NCBI GenBank assembly: GCA_035381305.1
Contig: DAOSYK010000004.1
Coordinates: 9,948 to 73,947 of the forward strand
Source: Clostridia bacterium
GTDB taxonomy: Bacteria; Bacillota; Clostridia; Christensenellales; DTU072
Direction of reading: 5' to 3'
DNA: 64,000 nt
Shown: one piece after another, positions 36,810 to 46,576 of the stretch
How positions within the stretch are numbered: the stretch's first letter is position 1
How the letters are laid out: every line of letters starts with the position of its first letter
Made by a program: the position numbers and the translations under genes
Notes under the pieces: model-generated
What the model saw: the letters and a program-made list of their open reading frames with translations, nothing else
Database searches by the model: none
Told to the model about the DNA's origin: nothing

Positions 36810-37538
36810 TTAATCCGGAAATATTCTTCCCATTTTTTTCTTGTGCGAGGTAAAGGCTTTTGTCCTTTCTACCTTGGTCTTTGTCTCGTCGCTGCCCTCC
36901 CCCGTCCTTATATAACGGTCGAGGTCGGAATATTTTATGCCCATATCCTCTTCGTCGGTCTGCCCTTCAAAAAGTGCCGCCGAGGGCGCTTTTGCGATAA
37001 TCTTTTCGGGACATCCGAGGAACTTAAGCATTTCAAAAACTTCGCTTGCCGTGAGGTCGGCAATGGGGTTTAAATCAAACGCTCCGTCGCCCCACTTTGT
37101 GAAGTAGCCCATGGTGAATTCGCTCAGATTCCCCGTGCCGGCGACAAGACAACCTTTTCTCTGGGCGTAATTGTAAAGGGTTATCATTCTCAATCTCGGG
37201 TTCATGTTGGCGTAAGCCATGGGTGTCTGGCTCTCGTCAAGCGGCTCGAGCATACCGGCAAAAACTCTCTTTACGGGCGTGAGGTCGACTTCCAAAGTCT
37301 TTATGCCGTACTTCTCGTTGACAAGCAGCGCGTCGTCGCGGTCTTCGGCATAATTCCTTTTTGATTCGCACGGCATAATTATGCCTGTGACGTTATCATT
37401 CGCCATCTTGCACAGTATCCCCACAAGGGCGCTGTCCTTTCCGCCGCTCATGCCCAGAACCACGCCTTTTGCGTTGGCGTCGGCGAGAACTTTTTTTATC
37501 CACTCTACTCTTTGTCTTACAGATTGTGCTATGTCCAT
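36810..37538 (-). CDS. nadE: ammonia-dependent NAD+ synthetase
   Basis: 242 aa with the PP-loop SGGKDS motif and a NadE-like C-terminal region. Confidence 0.9.
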   Translation of the reverse strand: MDIAQSVRQRVEWIKKVLADANAKGVVLGMSGGKDSALVGILCKMANDNVTGIIMPCESKRNYAEDRDDALLVNEKYGIKTLEVDLTPVKRVFAGMLEPLDESQTPMAYANMNPRLRMITLYNYAQRKGCLVAGTGNLSEFTMGYFTKWGDGAFDLNPIADLTASEVFEMLKFLGCPEKIIAKAPSAALFEGQTDEEDMGIKYSDLDRYIRTGEGSDETKTKVERTKAFTSHKKKMGRIFPD

Positions 37539-37559
37539 AAAAAACTCCGATATAAAATA

Positions 37560-37588
37560 AGTATATCAGAATTTCAAACGATTTTCAA
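37560..37588 (-). promoter_or_regulatory. sigma-A type promoter upstream of nadE
   Basis: Minus strand reads TTGAAA (37583-37588)-17 nt-TATACT (37560-37565), followed by a GGAG RBS. Confidence 0.55.
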
Positions 37589-37592
37589 TATG

Positions 37593-37619
37593 AAAAAGGG
37601 CGGTCAAGCCGCCCTTTTT
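37593..37619. terminator. rho-independent terminator after iolG (bidirectional shape)
   Basis: AAAAA-GGGCGG-TCAAG-CCGCCC-TTTTT, immediately after the iolG stop. Confidence 0.75.
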
Positions 37620-37621
37620 GT

Positions 37622-38647
37622 TCAGATATTGTACTCTCCCGCAATTTCGGCGATTTTAACGGGTCGCTTCTCGATGAGCGACTTCTTTGCAGCAAGTCCG
37701 ATGAGAACGGGCTGCAGTCCGCAGTCAACGCCGACATCTGCTTTTTTGTCGTTTACCACGCAGTCGATAAACTCGGTGATTTCGTCGACATACGCCTGCA
37801 TATACCTCTCGAGGAAGAACAGCAGCGGCTTTTCGGCATGCACGCCCGTATCGTCGGAAATGACCGCCGAGCTCTGGGTGTCGTTGGAAATGGCGACCTG
37901 GCCTTTGCTTCCGAGCACTTCCACTCTCTGGTCATAGCCGTAGGACGCGCGGCGGCAGTTGTCGATAACGGCAAGGGCGCCGCTTTTCAATCTCATTGAA
38001 ATAATCGCCGTGTCAATGTCGCCGGCTTCGCCTATCGCGGGATCTACAAGCACCGCGCCGTAAGCGAACACTTCCTCAACTTCCTCTCCCGACATAAATC
38101 TCACCATATCGAAGTCGTGAATGGTCATGTCGAGGAAGATGCCGCCCGATACCTTAATATAGCTTACAGGCGGGGCACCCGGATCGCGGGAACAGATCTT
38201 GAGAACGTTGAGGTCTCCTACCTTTCCCGATTTTACCGCTTCACGCGCGGCGCGGAAGTTGTGGTCGAAGCGGCGGTTAAAACCTACCTGGAATTTGACG
38301 TTGCTGTTCTCCAGCGCTTTTTTAACTTCGAGTATTCTGTTTACGTCGTGGTCGATGGGCTTTTCGCAGAAGATGTGTTTGCCCGCCGCAATGGCCTCAA
38401 GGGAGATTTTGGAGTGGGTGTCGGTCGAGGAACAAATGAGTACTGCCTCGATTTCCTTGTCCTCGAGTATCTTGTGATAGTCGGTGTAAATGTTCTCCAC
38501 GCCCATGCCCTTTGCCCATTTTGCCGTGTCTTCACTCATAAACGGGTCGGCGATGGCCTTGACGCACGCGTTTTTGACATACCTTGTTATGGATTCGCAA
38601 TGAACCTTACCGATTCTGCCTGCTCCGATGATGCCTACTTTTACCAT
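37622..38647 (-). CDS. iolG: inositol 2-dehydrogenase (Gfo/Idh/MocA family)
   Basis: 341 aa with N-terminal VGIIGAGRIG. The call also rests on the iol operon context. Confidence 0.85.
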   Translation of the reverse strand: MVKVGIIGAGRIGKVHCESITRYVKNACVKAIADPFMSEDTAKWAKGMGVENIYTDYHKILEDKEIEAVLICSSTDTHSKISLEAIAAGKHIFCEKPIDHDVNRILEVKKALENSNVKFQVGFNRRFDHNFRAAREAVKSGKVGDLNVLKICSRDPGAPPVSYIKVSGGIFLDMTIHDFDMVRFMSGEEVEEVFAYGAVLVDPAIGEAGDIDTAIISMRLKSGALAVIDNCRRASYGYDQRVEVLGSKGQVAISNDTQSSAVISDDTGVHAEKPLLFFLERYMQAYVDEITEFIDCVVNDKKADVGVDCGLQPVLIGLAAKKSLIEKRPVKIAEIAGEYNI

Positions 38648-38670
38648 AAAAAATTTGCTCCTTTTGTTTA

Positions 38671-40173
38671 TCAGATTGTGCCGTCCCAGGTGGAAACGAC
38701 CGTTGATTTCTTTTCGTGCTCGTCAAACCAGTGGGTTGTGACCGTCTTCTGCTCGGTGAAGAACCTGTAGCTGTCCTTGCCCAGGCAGTGCAGGTCGCCG
38801 AAGAAGCTGTCCTTGTGCCCTGTGAAGCTGAATACGCCCACGGGCACGGGTATGCCGACGTTTATGCCCACCATGCCGCCGTGAGTATACCTTGCAAACT
38901 CCCGGGCGTAGTAGCCGTTCTGAGTGAATATAACGCTGCCGTTTGCAAAGGGATTGGCATTCATAACCGCAAGACCTTCCTCAAAGGTCTCCACGCGCTT
39001 TACGCAAAGGACGGGTCCGAATATCTCCCTCTGTCCTATCGTCATCTCGGGAGTAACCTTGTCGAAAATGGTGGGTCCCAAATAGAAGCCGTTTTCATAG
39101 CCTTCCACGACTACATTTCGCCCGTCGAGCACCAATTCGGCTCCCTCTTCGATACCTTTGGATATCCATTCGAGCACTTTTTGTTTGTGCTCTGCCGAGT
39201 AAACAGGCCCGAGCTTCGTGCTCTTGTCGTATGCGGGACCTATCTTGATCTTAGATGCAAGCTCTTTGATTTTGGCAACGAGCGCGTCGGCGATACCGTT
39301 CTGCGCGACGACGACGGGAAGCGCCATGCACCTTTCTCCCGCGCAGCCGTAAGCGGAGTTTATAATGCCTGCCGCCGTTCTGTCAAGGGCGGCGTCGTTG
39401 AGTACGAGTGCGTGGTTTTTCGCCTCGCACAGACACTGCACGCGCTTGCCGTTTTTGGCGGAGGTTTCATATACGTGACGGCCTACGGTGGTGGAGCCTA
39501 CGAAGGTCACGCCTTTGATTTTGGGATTGGTCAGAAGTTCCTGCGTGTCGTTTCTGTCACAGCTTATGATATTTAAAACGCCGCCGGGAAGTCCCGCTTC
39601 CTTATATAATTCGGCTATCTTAAGGCTGGTCATGGGAGTGGCTCCCGACACTTTAAGGATAATGGTGTTGCCGCAGGCGATACAGACCGGCGCCATCCAG
39701 CCCATCGGTATCATGGCGGGGAAGTTGAACGGAGCAATTCCCGCAAACACGCCGAGCGACTCCCTGTAGGACACGGTATCATAGCCGGTCGACGCGTCCA
39801 TAAGCGATTCGCCCGTGATGAGTGAAGGCATGCTTATGGCAAGCTCAAGCCCTTCTTTTGCCTTAAGCACATCGCCCTCGGCTTCGTCCCAGGTCTTGCC
39901 GTGCTCTTTGGCGCAGATGTATGTAAGTTCTTGCATTTTGGCGACGAGAAGTTCTCTCACCTTATAGAGTATCTGTACCCTCTTTATTATCGGCACTTTC
40001 GACCACGACTTGTACGCCTCGTGAGCGTTGTCGATAACTTGTTTTACCTCGCGAAGAGACAGTCTCGGCATGTTGGCGATATGCTCGCCCGTGCTGGGAT
40101 TGTATACCTCATAATACTTGTCGGTTTCCGACGCCACAAACTGATTGTTTGTAAAATACCTCAAAGTTTCCAT
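38671..40173 (-). CDS. iolA: CoA-acylating methylmalonate/malonate-semialdehyde dehydrogenase
   Basis: The start was set at METLRYFTNNQFV, after an AAGGAGGG RBS. It is an aldehyde dehydrogenase with a catalytic Cys region (GERCMA) and the MmsA-type C-terminus FTGHKDSFFGDLH. Confidence 0.88.
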   Translation of the reverse strand: METLRYFTNNQFVASETDKYYEVYNPSTGEHIANMPRLSLREVKQVIDNAHEAYKSWSKVPIIKRVQILYKVRELLVAKMQELTYICAKEHGKTWDEAEGDVLKAKEGLELAISMPSLITGESLMDASTGYDTVSYRESLGVFAGIAPFNFPAMIPMGWMAPVCIACGNTIILKVSGATPMTSLKIAELYKEAGLPGGVLNIISCDRNDTQELLTNPKIKGVTFVGSTTVGRHVYETSAKNGKRVQCLCEAKNHALVLNDAALDRTAAGIINSAYGCAGERCMALPVVVAQNGIADALVAKIKELASKIKIGPAYDKSTKLGPVYSAEHKQKVLEWISKGIEEGAELVLDGRNVVVEGYENGFYLGPTIFDKVTPEMTIGQREIFGPVLCVKRVETFEEGLAVMNANPFANGSVIFTQNGYYAREFARYTHGGMVGINVGIPVPVGVFSFTGHKDSFFGDLHCLGKDSYRFFTEQKTVTTHWFDEHEKKSTVVSTWDGTI

Positions 40174-40183
40174 TTTTCCCTCC

Positions 40184-41077
40184 TTAAATTTTGGCTGTGT
40201 TTCTGATATATTCTCTCGCTTTAAGCGCGTACCTGAACGGATTGGCAATGGCGGGGTCCTGCTCGGCTTCAACGAGCATCCAGCCCTTGTAATCGGCTTT
40301 GTCGAGTATGTCGAATATGGGCTCGAAGTCTATCGTGCCGTCGCCCGGTACGGTAAACGCGCCCAGTCTTACGCCCTGTAAAAAGCTGAGGTGCTCTCTC
40401 TTTACCTTTTCCACAATCTCAGGTCTTATATCCTTTAGGTGGACGTGTTTTACCCTGTGGGCGTACTTTTGGAGCACGGCGATATAGTCCTGCCCGCAGT
40501 AGGCAAGGTGCCCCGAGTCAAAGAGCAAAAACATTGAGTCAGGATCGGTCCCGTCCATGAGGCGGTCGATTTCTTCGGCGGTCTGCACTACGGTACCCAT
40601 ATGGTGGTGATAAGTAAGGGTTATGCCGTATTCCTTGGCGATGACGCCCAGGCGGGACAATCCGTGGCACAGCCTCTTCCACTCCTCGTCGTTCATGACG
40701 TACTTCTTCTCAAAAACAGGCGTATTCATCTGTCCCTGTATGCTGTAACTCTGCTCCGACGCGCCGATTCTCTCGGCGCCTACCGCCTGCAAAAACGCGC
40801 ATTCTTTCCTGAATTCCTTCTCCACTTCCTCAAAAGGTTTTGTAAGGATAAAAGAGGAAAACCAGCGGTTGGCAACCCTCAGGTTTCTTATCGAAAGTGC
40901 GTCGACAAGTTCGGCCGGGTCGGTGGGGTACTTATTGCCTATTTCGCAGCCCTCGTACCCTGCAAGTGCCATTTCGCTGACGCATTGCTCAAAGGTGATT
41001 TCCTTGCCGAGGTCGGGCATATCGTCATTAGTCCAGCCTATCGGCGCGATTCCCAGGTAAATGTTTTCTTTTTTCAT
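40184..41077 (-). CDS. iolE: myo-inosose-2 dehydratase
   Basis: 297 aa. A xylose-isomerase-like TIM barrel with an IolE-like N-terminus (LGIAPIGWTNDDMPDLG). Confidence 0.88.
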   Translation of the reverse strand: MKKENIYLGIAPIGWTNDDMPDLGKEITFEQCVSEMALAGYEGCEIGNKYPTDPAELVDALSIRNLRVANRWFSSFILTKPFEEVEKEFRKECAFLQAVGAERIGASEQSYSIQGQMNTPVFEKKYVMNDEEWKRLCHGLSRLGVIAKEYGITLTYHHHMGTVVQTAEEIDRLMDGTDPDSMFLLFDSGHLAYCGQDYIAVLQKYAHRVKHVHLKDIRPEIVEKVKREHLSFLQGVRLGAFTVPGDGTIDFEPIFDILDKADYKGWMLVEAEQDPAIANPFRYALKAREYIRNTAKI

Positions 41078-41113
41078 AAATGTATCCTCGATATAAAAAG
41101 ATTCGATATTGTC

Positions 41114-43057
41114 TTAATATTGTCTTGAGTCGTTGAGATTGAACAGTCTTGTCGAAAGCGCCGCGAAGCCTCTTTCGGTGCGCGGATTGTCGCTGCAACC
41201 CACGTTCCACCAGCTTCCGTAACCGTCGGTCATGGTCTTTGGCAAGGTCTTGATGTCGATAAGAGTGGGGAGCTTCTGCTTTTTGCTGTCGATAAGCGCC
41301 TTTTCAAGTTCTTCCGCCGTTCTTGCAGTATAGGTGACAAAGCCATAGCCCCTCGCGCTCATCGCGTAGTCGATGTTTATAAATTCGCCCTCGCGGATGG
41401 GCTTGTCGCCGTCACGGTAGCGGAATTCTGTGCACAGGGCGTTTATGCCCTGGTTCATCTGCAAGTTGTTGATGCAGCCGAACGACGCATTGTCAAAGAG
41501 CAGAATGTTTATCTTCTTCCCTTCCTGGATAGCGGTCAGCATTTCGGAGTGGAGCATATTGTAACTGCCGTCGCCCACCAAGGCGTACACCTCTTTGTCG
41601 GGGCAGGCGAGCTTTGCGCCCAACGCGCCCGCAATTTCATACCCCATGCAGGAATAGCCGTATTCCATGTTGTAGCTTCCGATGCTGTCGGTAGTCCACA
41701 TTCTCTGCAGACACCCTGGGAGCGAGCCCGACGCGGCGACAACAACGGCGTCGTCGTCGATAATCTTTCTTATTATTCCGAGCGCAGTGGTCTGGCAGAT
41801 AACGCCGCCCGTCGCCTTGACAAAAGCGTCCAGCGCGTCATACATTCTGACTTTGTTTTCAGGCTCAAACTTTCCTCCGCCGTACATTAATGTAGTCAGC
41901 CTTTCCATTTCCTTGTCCCAACCGCGCTTTGCCTTTTCGATTTCGCCCGAATAGGAAGTAACATAGCTGTCCAACTCTTTTTCGAGCGCATCTATTCCTT
42001 CGGATATGTCGGCGACCATGGACACACTGTCGAGTTTCTCGGCGTGGTAGGGGCTGACGTTTATTGTCACGCAAGGCGTGTTCGCATACAGCCACTTTGA
42101 CGATGTGGTAAAGTCACTAAAGCGGGTGCCAAGTCCAATAATCAGGTCGGCGTCTTTTGCAACGGTATTTGCGCAGGCGTTCCCGGTAACGCCGATACCG
42201 CCCAGGTTCAGTTTATGGCTTCCCTGTATCGCGCTCTTTCCCGCCTGTGTTTCGGCAAACGGGATATTGTGCTTTTCGCAAAACGCCGCCACCTTTTTCC
42301 CCGCAAGACTGTACCTTACGCCGCCGCCCACTATTACGAGGGGCTTTTTGCTGTTTCTTATCATTCCGGCGACGCGTCCGACCTCGTATGCGTCGGGTTT
42401 CGGGCGCCTTATGTAGTGCACGCGTTTGCGGAAAAACTCCTCGCGGAACTCGAAGCTCTCGCCTTGCACGTCCTGACAAAGCGCAAGCGCGACCGCCCCC
42501 GTGTTGGCGGGATCGGTCAAAACGCGCATAGCGTTGGTCAACGCGGTCATTATCATTTCGGGACGGGTAATTCTGTCAAAGTACCTCGTGACCGCCTTGA
42601 ACGCGTCATTTGTTGTGACGGTAAGGTCGTGAGGGTGCTCAACCTGCTGTAATACAGGGTCGGGCTGACGGGATGAAAACACGTCGCCCAAAAGCAGCAA
42701 CAGCGGCAGGTTGTTGACCGTTGCCGTCGCCGCCGCGGTCACCATGTTGGCAGAGCCGGGACCTATTGAGGACATACAAGGGATAATTTTGAGCCTGTTG
42801 TGCATTTTCGCATACGACGTCGCCGCGTGCGCCATGCCCTGCTCGTTTTTCCCCTGCATTACTTTTATGCCGTGTTCGGCCTGCGATAAAGCTTCGCCTA
42901 CTCCCAGCACACAGCCGTGGCCGAATACCGTGTAAAAATATTCCACAAATTTTGACTCGACTATCTTGCCGTCGGTCTCAATCGCGACGTACTGATTGTC
43001 GAGATATCTCACGATTGCTTCTCCCGTTGTCATACGGGTTGTATTTTTCATAATCAT
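41114..43057 (-). CDS. iolD: 3D-(3,5/4)-trihydroxycyclohexane-1,2-dione acylhydrolase (TPP enzyme)
   Basis: About 647 aa, with the start set at the ATG 1 nt after the iolB stop. It has the TPP-binding motif GDGSYNM…N and IolD-like length and context. Confidence 0.88.
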   Translation of the reverse strand: MIMKNTTRMTTGEAIVRYLDNQYVAIETDGKIVESKFVEYFYTVFGHGCVLGVGEALSQAEHGIKVMQGKNEQGMAHAATSYAKMHNRLKIIPCMSSIGPGSANMVTAAATATVNNLPLLLLLGDVFSSRQPDPVLQQVEHPHDLTVTTNDAFKAVTRYFDRITRPEMIMTALTNAMRVLTDPANTGAVALALCQDVQGESFEFREEFFRKRVHYIRRPKPDAYEVGRVAGMIRNSKKPLVIVGGGVRYSLAGKKVAAFCEKHNIPFAETQAGKSAIQGSHKLNLGGIGVTGNACANTVAKDADLIIGLGTRFSDFTTSSKWLYANTPCVTINVSPYHAEKLDSVSMVADISEGIDALEKELDSYVTSYSGEIEKAKRGWDKEMERLTTLMYGGGKFEPENKVRMYDALDAFVKATGGVICQTTALGIIRKIIDDDAVVVAASGSLPGCLQRMWTTDSIGSYNMEYGYSCMGYEIAGALGAKLACPDKEVYALVGDGSYNMLHSEMLTAIQEGKKINILLFDNASFGCINNLQMNQGINALCTEFRYRDGDKPIREGEFINIDYAMSARGYGFVTYTARTAEELEKALIDSKKQKLPTLIDIKTLPKTMTDGYGSWWNVGCSDNPRTERGFAALSTRLFNLNDSRQY

Positions 43058-43058
43058 A

Positions 43059-43853
43059 TTATTTCTGCTCCTTTGAAACAAATTTGCATTCCGATTCAAG
43101 ATGAACGTACCTCGGGTCGACTATGCGGGTCTTGAGCCACGGGTCGCCGTCGAGATGCCTAATCATCCATACGTTGTACATCGGGTACCCCGGCGCTGTC
43201 ACCTGAACGTGGGTCTTTCCGCCCTCAAAACAGCCGTAGCTGCCGTCTTTAACCGTGTACGCTTTTTCGCCTATAAAGCACGCGCCAAATCCTTCGGAAC
43301 GCTCGAACTTATAGTAATACACTTCGGGTTGGGGGTGACTGTGCGGCACATAACTCCACCACCTGCCCTGTCTTGCCAGAACTTCGCCGATTACCATATT
43401 TGAGTAAGGCGCGTTGTCCTTGTCGAAAATGGTGTTGACGTCCCGCACCGCCGTGTTCTCCCACATCCCCTCGCACGCAGTGGTGCGGATGATGTCCTTT
43501 TTGCGGTAAAGTTTTTCGCCGAAAACTTTATCGTTTGCGGTAGCCTGGTAAAGTATTTCGGTGTCTTCCAACGCCTCAACTGTTATCTGAGTTGCTTTGC
43601 ATACGTGCAAACAAGTCGGAAGGTCGTCAAACAGGCTCGTCCTTTCGGCGATTTCGTCAATTTCCCCCGCGGTAAATCTCACTTTTCCGAGGACAAGCAG
43701 GACGGCGATTTCCTTATCGCTTTGGATAAATTTCCGCTTTTCGCCTTTGCGGAGTTGAAAAACGGATATGTCCATCAGCATATTCTTATTCCGCCCGTCC
43801 ATGCGGGTGAGAATTTTTTCGCCGCGTTTGTTAAATTTCGGATAGCCGAACAT
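43059..43853 (-). CDS. iolB: 5-deoxy-glucuronate isomerase
   Basis: 264 aa cupin-type protein. Its position between iolC and iolD and its overall pattern fit IolB. Confidence 0.85.
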   Translation of the reverse strand: MFGYPKFNKRGEKILTRMDGRNKNMLMDISVFQLRKGEKRKFIQSDKEIAVLLVLGKVRFTAGEIDEIAERTSLFDDLPTCLHVCKATQITVEALEDTEILYQATANDKVFGEKLYRKKDIIRTTACEGMWENTAVRDVNTIFDKDNAPYSNMVIGEVLARQGRWWSYVPHSHPQPEVYYYKFERSEGFGACFIGEKAYTVKDGSYGCFEGGKTHVQVTAPGYPMYNVWMIRHLDGDPWLKTRIVDPRYVHLESECKFVSKEQK

Positions 43854-43856
43854 AAA

Positions 43857-44873
43857 TTACTCCCTCGCCACCATTTCGCCGTATTTCTCTTTGCAGTCGG
43901 CAATAAACGCCTTGACTTCACCGACCGTGGGCATAAATGCCGAACAGCCGTGCGCCGCCACCAGCATCGAAGCCGACGCGCTGCCCATCTCGAGACAGTC
44001 TATTATGTCCCAGCCTTCGAGTAAACCGTAGATAAACGACGAGCCGTATCCGTCCCCGCCGCCGAAGGACTTGAGCGCGGTGATCGGGAAAGGCTTAATC
44101 GAGTAGCTCGCGCCGTCAGCTGTATAAGCTGTGGAGCCTTTCTTGCCGTGCTTAATTACCACAATCTTATTGCCCTTTTCGATAAAGTACTTTGCCGTCT
44201 CGATATCGGTGCGTCCTTGCGCAGTAACCGCCTCGGTAAGGTCGTATTCTTCCCTCGAGCCCATTATTACGTCGCTGTTTTCGGCTACGAGCGAGTAATA
44301 GACCGAAATTTCGTCCTTGTTCTTCCACGTGTAGGGGCGGTAATCTATGTCGAAAATGATTTTTGTATCGACTTTCTTGGCGATTAAAACAGCTTTTAAG
44401 CAGGCTTCGCGGGAAGGCGATGCCGAAAGCGCGGTGCCGCTGATAAGTATGGCTTTGGCCTTAGCTATATACTCTTCATCGACATCATCGGGCTTTAACA
44501 TCAGGTCGGCTACGCCGTCACGGTACATGAGAATGCTGCTCTCGGTGGGACTTAGTATCTCGGTAAAGGTAAGTCCCAGCTTTTCGCCGTTTTCGGCTTT
44601 TGTGATGTGAGAGCAGTCAATGCCCTCTTTTTTGAAAAACTCCACGACGTATTCGCCGAATCTGTCGTCCGACACTTTGCCGATAAAGCCGACGTTTTTT
44701 CCAAGTCTCGCAAGTCCTACGGCGATGTTGGCGGGCGAGCCGCCCACGTATTTGCGGAAAGTGTCGCTTTCGGCAAGCGTCCTGAAGTAGTCGACGGGGT
44801 TGAAGTCGATAGCCACCCTTCCCATTGGAATTAAGTCTACGGGACGGTTTTTGTCAAACTCGATGTATTTCAT
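43857..44873 (-). CDS. iolC: 5-dehydro-2-deoxygluconokinase (PfkB family)
   Basis: 338 aa with an IolC-like N-terminus (DLIPMGRVAIDFNP) and the PfkB motif GGGDGYGS. Confidence 0.85.
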   Translation of the reverse strand: MKYIEFDKNRPVDLIPMGRVAIDFNPVDYFRTLAESDTFRKYVGGSPANIAVGLARLGKNVGFIGKVSDDRFGEYVVEFFKKEGIDCSHITKAENGEKLGLTFTEILSPTESSILMYRDGVADLMLKPDDVDEEYIAKAKAILISGTALSASPSREACLKAVLIAKKVDTKIIFDIDYRPYTWKNKDEISVYYSLVAENSDVIMGSREEYDLTEAVTAQGRTDIETAKYFIEKGNKIVVIKHGKKGSTAYTADGASYSIKPFPITALKSFGGGDGYGSSFIYGLLEGWDIIDCLEMGSASASMLVAAHGCSAFMPTVGEVKAFIADCKEKYGEMVARE

Positions 44874-44887
44874 TTTCCCTCCAGATT

Positions 44888-46417
44888 TTACTTTACGTTT
44901 ATTCCTCTTTGCTTTCTCATTTCGGCAAGTTCTGCCGTTATCTGATCTTTCTTGGCTCCCGTGAGGTCATACCAGAAAATCGGTATGGCGCACAGGATAA
45001 GGCTTATGCCGGGCACGACCGACACCAGCGAAAACATCGCAAACCTCTGCATGGGCGCGAGCGCCGTCGCCGCCTTTACTGCTTCGGAGTTGAGCATCTG
45101 GCTCGGGTCGATGTTGATAATTATGTACATAAGCACAATAAAGGTCGTCGCTATCGCGTTGCCGAACTGGTTTACAAAGGACTGGCACGCGCTGCCGAGG
45201 CCGTTATCTCTGTATCCTGTCTTAAGCTCGAGATAGTCGAGGCTGTCGCCTATCATGGCGTATGATGTTATGTTAAGCGCGCCGAGCGGGATGCACTGAA
45301 TTATTATAAACGGTATGCAGACATACACAAGGTATGAGGCGGTCGTAAATATCGAGAGCGCACCGATTATCGCGGTAAGGACGCTTGCGCCAAAGCCCGC
45401 AAAACAGGTAAACAGCACAATCTGTTTGTAGTTATAGCGTTTGTATAAAAACGGCATAAAGAGCATTGCGCCGAACATACCGACAGCCGAGCACACCGAG
45501 AATATGGTGCTGACCGTGGATACGCTCGCCTTAATCGCCGCGGTCTGCGCCGCTTCCGAAAGCCCCTCGAGGGACGGGCCGATGTAGAAGGCGTATCTCG
45601 CCACGTGCACCGCCGCAGCCTGCATCATGTATCTGCCGCTGCTCAATAATCCCATGACAATAACCAGCATAAGGGGTTTGCACTTGATTATGCGTGAAAA
45701 CGCCGAAGGCTGAGTCGGGTCGCGCTTTTTATCGGGAAGGACCACCCTCTCCTTTATATGGAAATAGGAGTTTACAAACAAGGCTATTCCTATTACCGAG
45801 CACACAACCGCCATGGTGGTATATATCTTCTTGTCCATTTCGATGCCGTGGGCATCGACGAGGCGGGGCATTATAAAGCCGAGCAAAAGAAACATCGCCA
45901 TAGGCACCGCGCTGCCAATACCGTTTAGCGTGCGTCCGACAGAAATTGTGCGCGCTCTTTCGGACGGGTCGGGGGTCATGGCGTTGGGCAGACTCCAGAA
46001 GGGCACGTCGCTTACAGAGTAGGTAATACCCCATAAGACGTAAATCACCGCGGCATATGCCATCTTCGCGCCTACGCTCAGATTACTCGGCGCATAGAAC
46101 ATGAAGAAGGTCAGAACGGCTATGGGAATGGCGGTAAATAGCATATAGGGCTTCATTTTGCCCCATTTTGTGGTGTACCTGTCGACAATCGCCCCCATAA
46201 ACGGGTCGTAAGCCGCGTCCCAGAATCTCGCTATAAGCATGAGAAGGAGCACGAACAGGAGAGGCACCTGCAAGACGTTTATGTAAAAGTCGGAGATGTA
46301 GCTTGACATCATGGAATAAATCATTCCCTGCCCAAGGCCTCCTACGGCATACATCCAGAATTCTTTCCCCGGAATGTACTTTTTTTCGTTGGTCGTGACA
46401 GCCTTGGCTTTCTTCAT
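44888..46417 (-). CDS. MFS/GPH-family transporter heading the iol operon
   Basis: 509 aa with about 12 TM helices. Has a GPH-like FWDAAYDPFMGAIVDR…GKMKPY motif and a GGGAGG RBS. Confidence 0.8.
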   Translation of the reverse strand: MKKAKAVTTNEKKYIPGKEFWMYAVGGLGQGMIYSMMSSYISDFYINVLQVPLLFVLLLMLIARFWDAAYDPFMGAIVDRYTTKWGKMKPYMLFTAIPIAVLTFFMFYAPSNLSVGAKMAYAAVIYVLWGITYSVSDVPFWSLPNAMTPDPSERARTISVGRTLNGIGSAVPMAMFLLLGFIMPRLVDAHGIEMDKKIYTTMAVVCSVIGIALFVNSYFHIKERVVLPDKKRDPTQPSAFSRIIKCKPLMLVIVMGLLSSGRYMMQAAAVHVARYAFYIGPSLEGLSEAAQTAAIKASVSTVSTIFSVCSAVGMFGAMLFMPFLYKRYNYKQIVLFTCFAGFGASVLTAIIGALSIFTTASYLVYVCIPFIIIQCIPLGALNITSYAMIGDSLDYLELKTGYRDNGLGSACQSFVNQFGNAIATTFIVLMYIIINIDPSQMLNSEAVKAATALAPMQRFAMFSLVSVVPGISLILCAIPIFWYDLTGAKKDQITAELAEMRKQRGINVK

Positions 46418-46456
46418 GAGGTCGGCCTCCCGTTACTCAAAAAATATGTCTATATA

Positions 46457-46485
46457 ATATTATCATAACGTAAAAAATAGTTCAA
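46457..46485 (-). promoter_or_regulatory. candidate promoter of the iol operon
   Basis: Minus strand reads TTGAAC (46480-46485)-17 nt-TAATAT (46457-46462). Confidence 0.4.
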
Positions 46486-46513
46486 TACCCGCGTTTGTTT
46501 TTGTTTTTCCGCC

Positions 46514-46543
46514 TTGTAATTTAATGTGCCGTTGTGCTAACAT
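46514..46543 (+). promoter_or_regulatory. candidate promoter of the MBL/GDPD/PfkB operon
   Basis: TTGTAA (46514-46519)-18 nt-TAACAT (46538-46543), with TGn immediately upstream (extended -10). Confidence 0.4.
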
Positions 46544-46576
46544 AGTACCGTAATACAAAAATCACGGGAGGCATGT

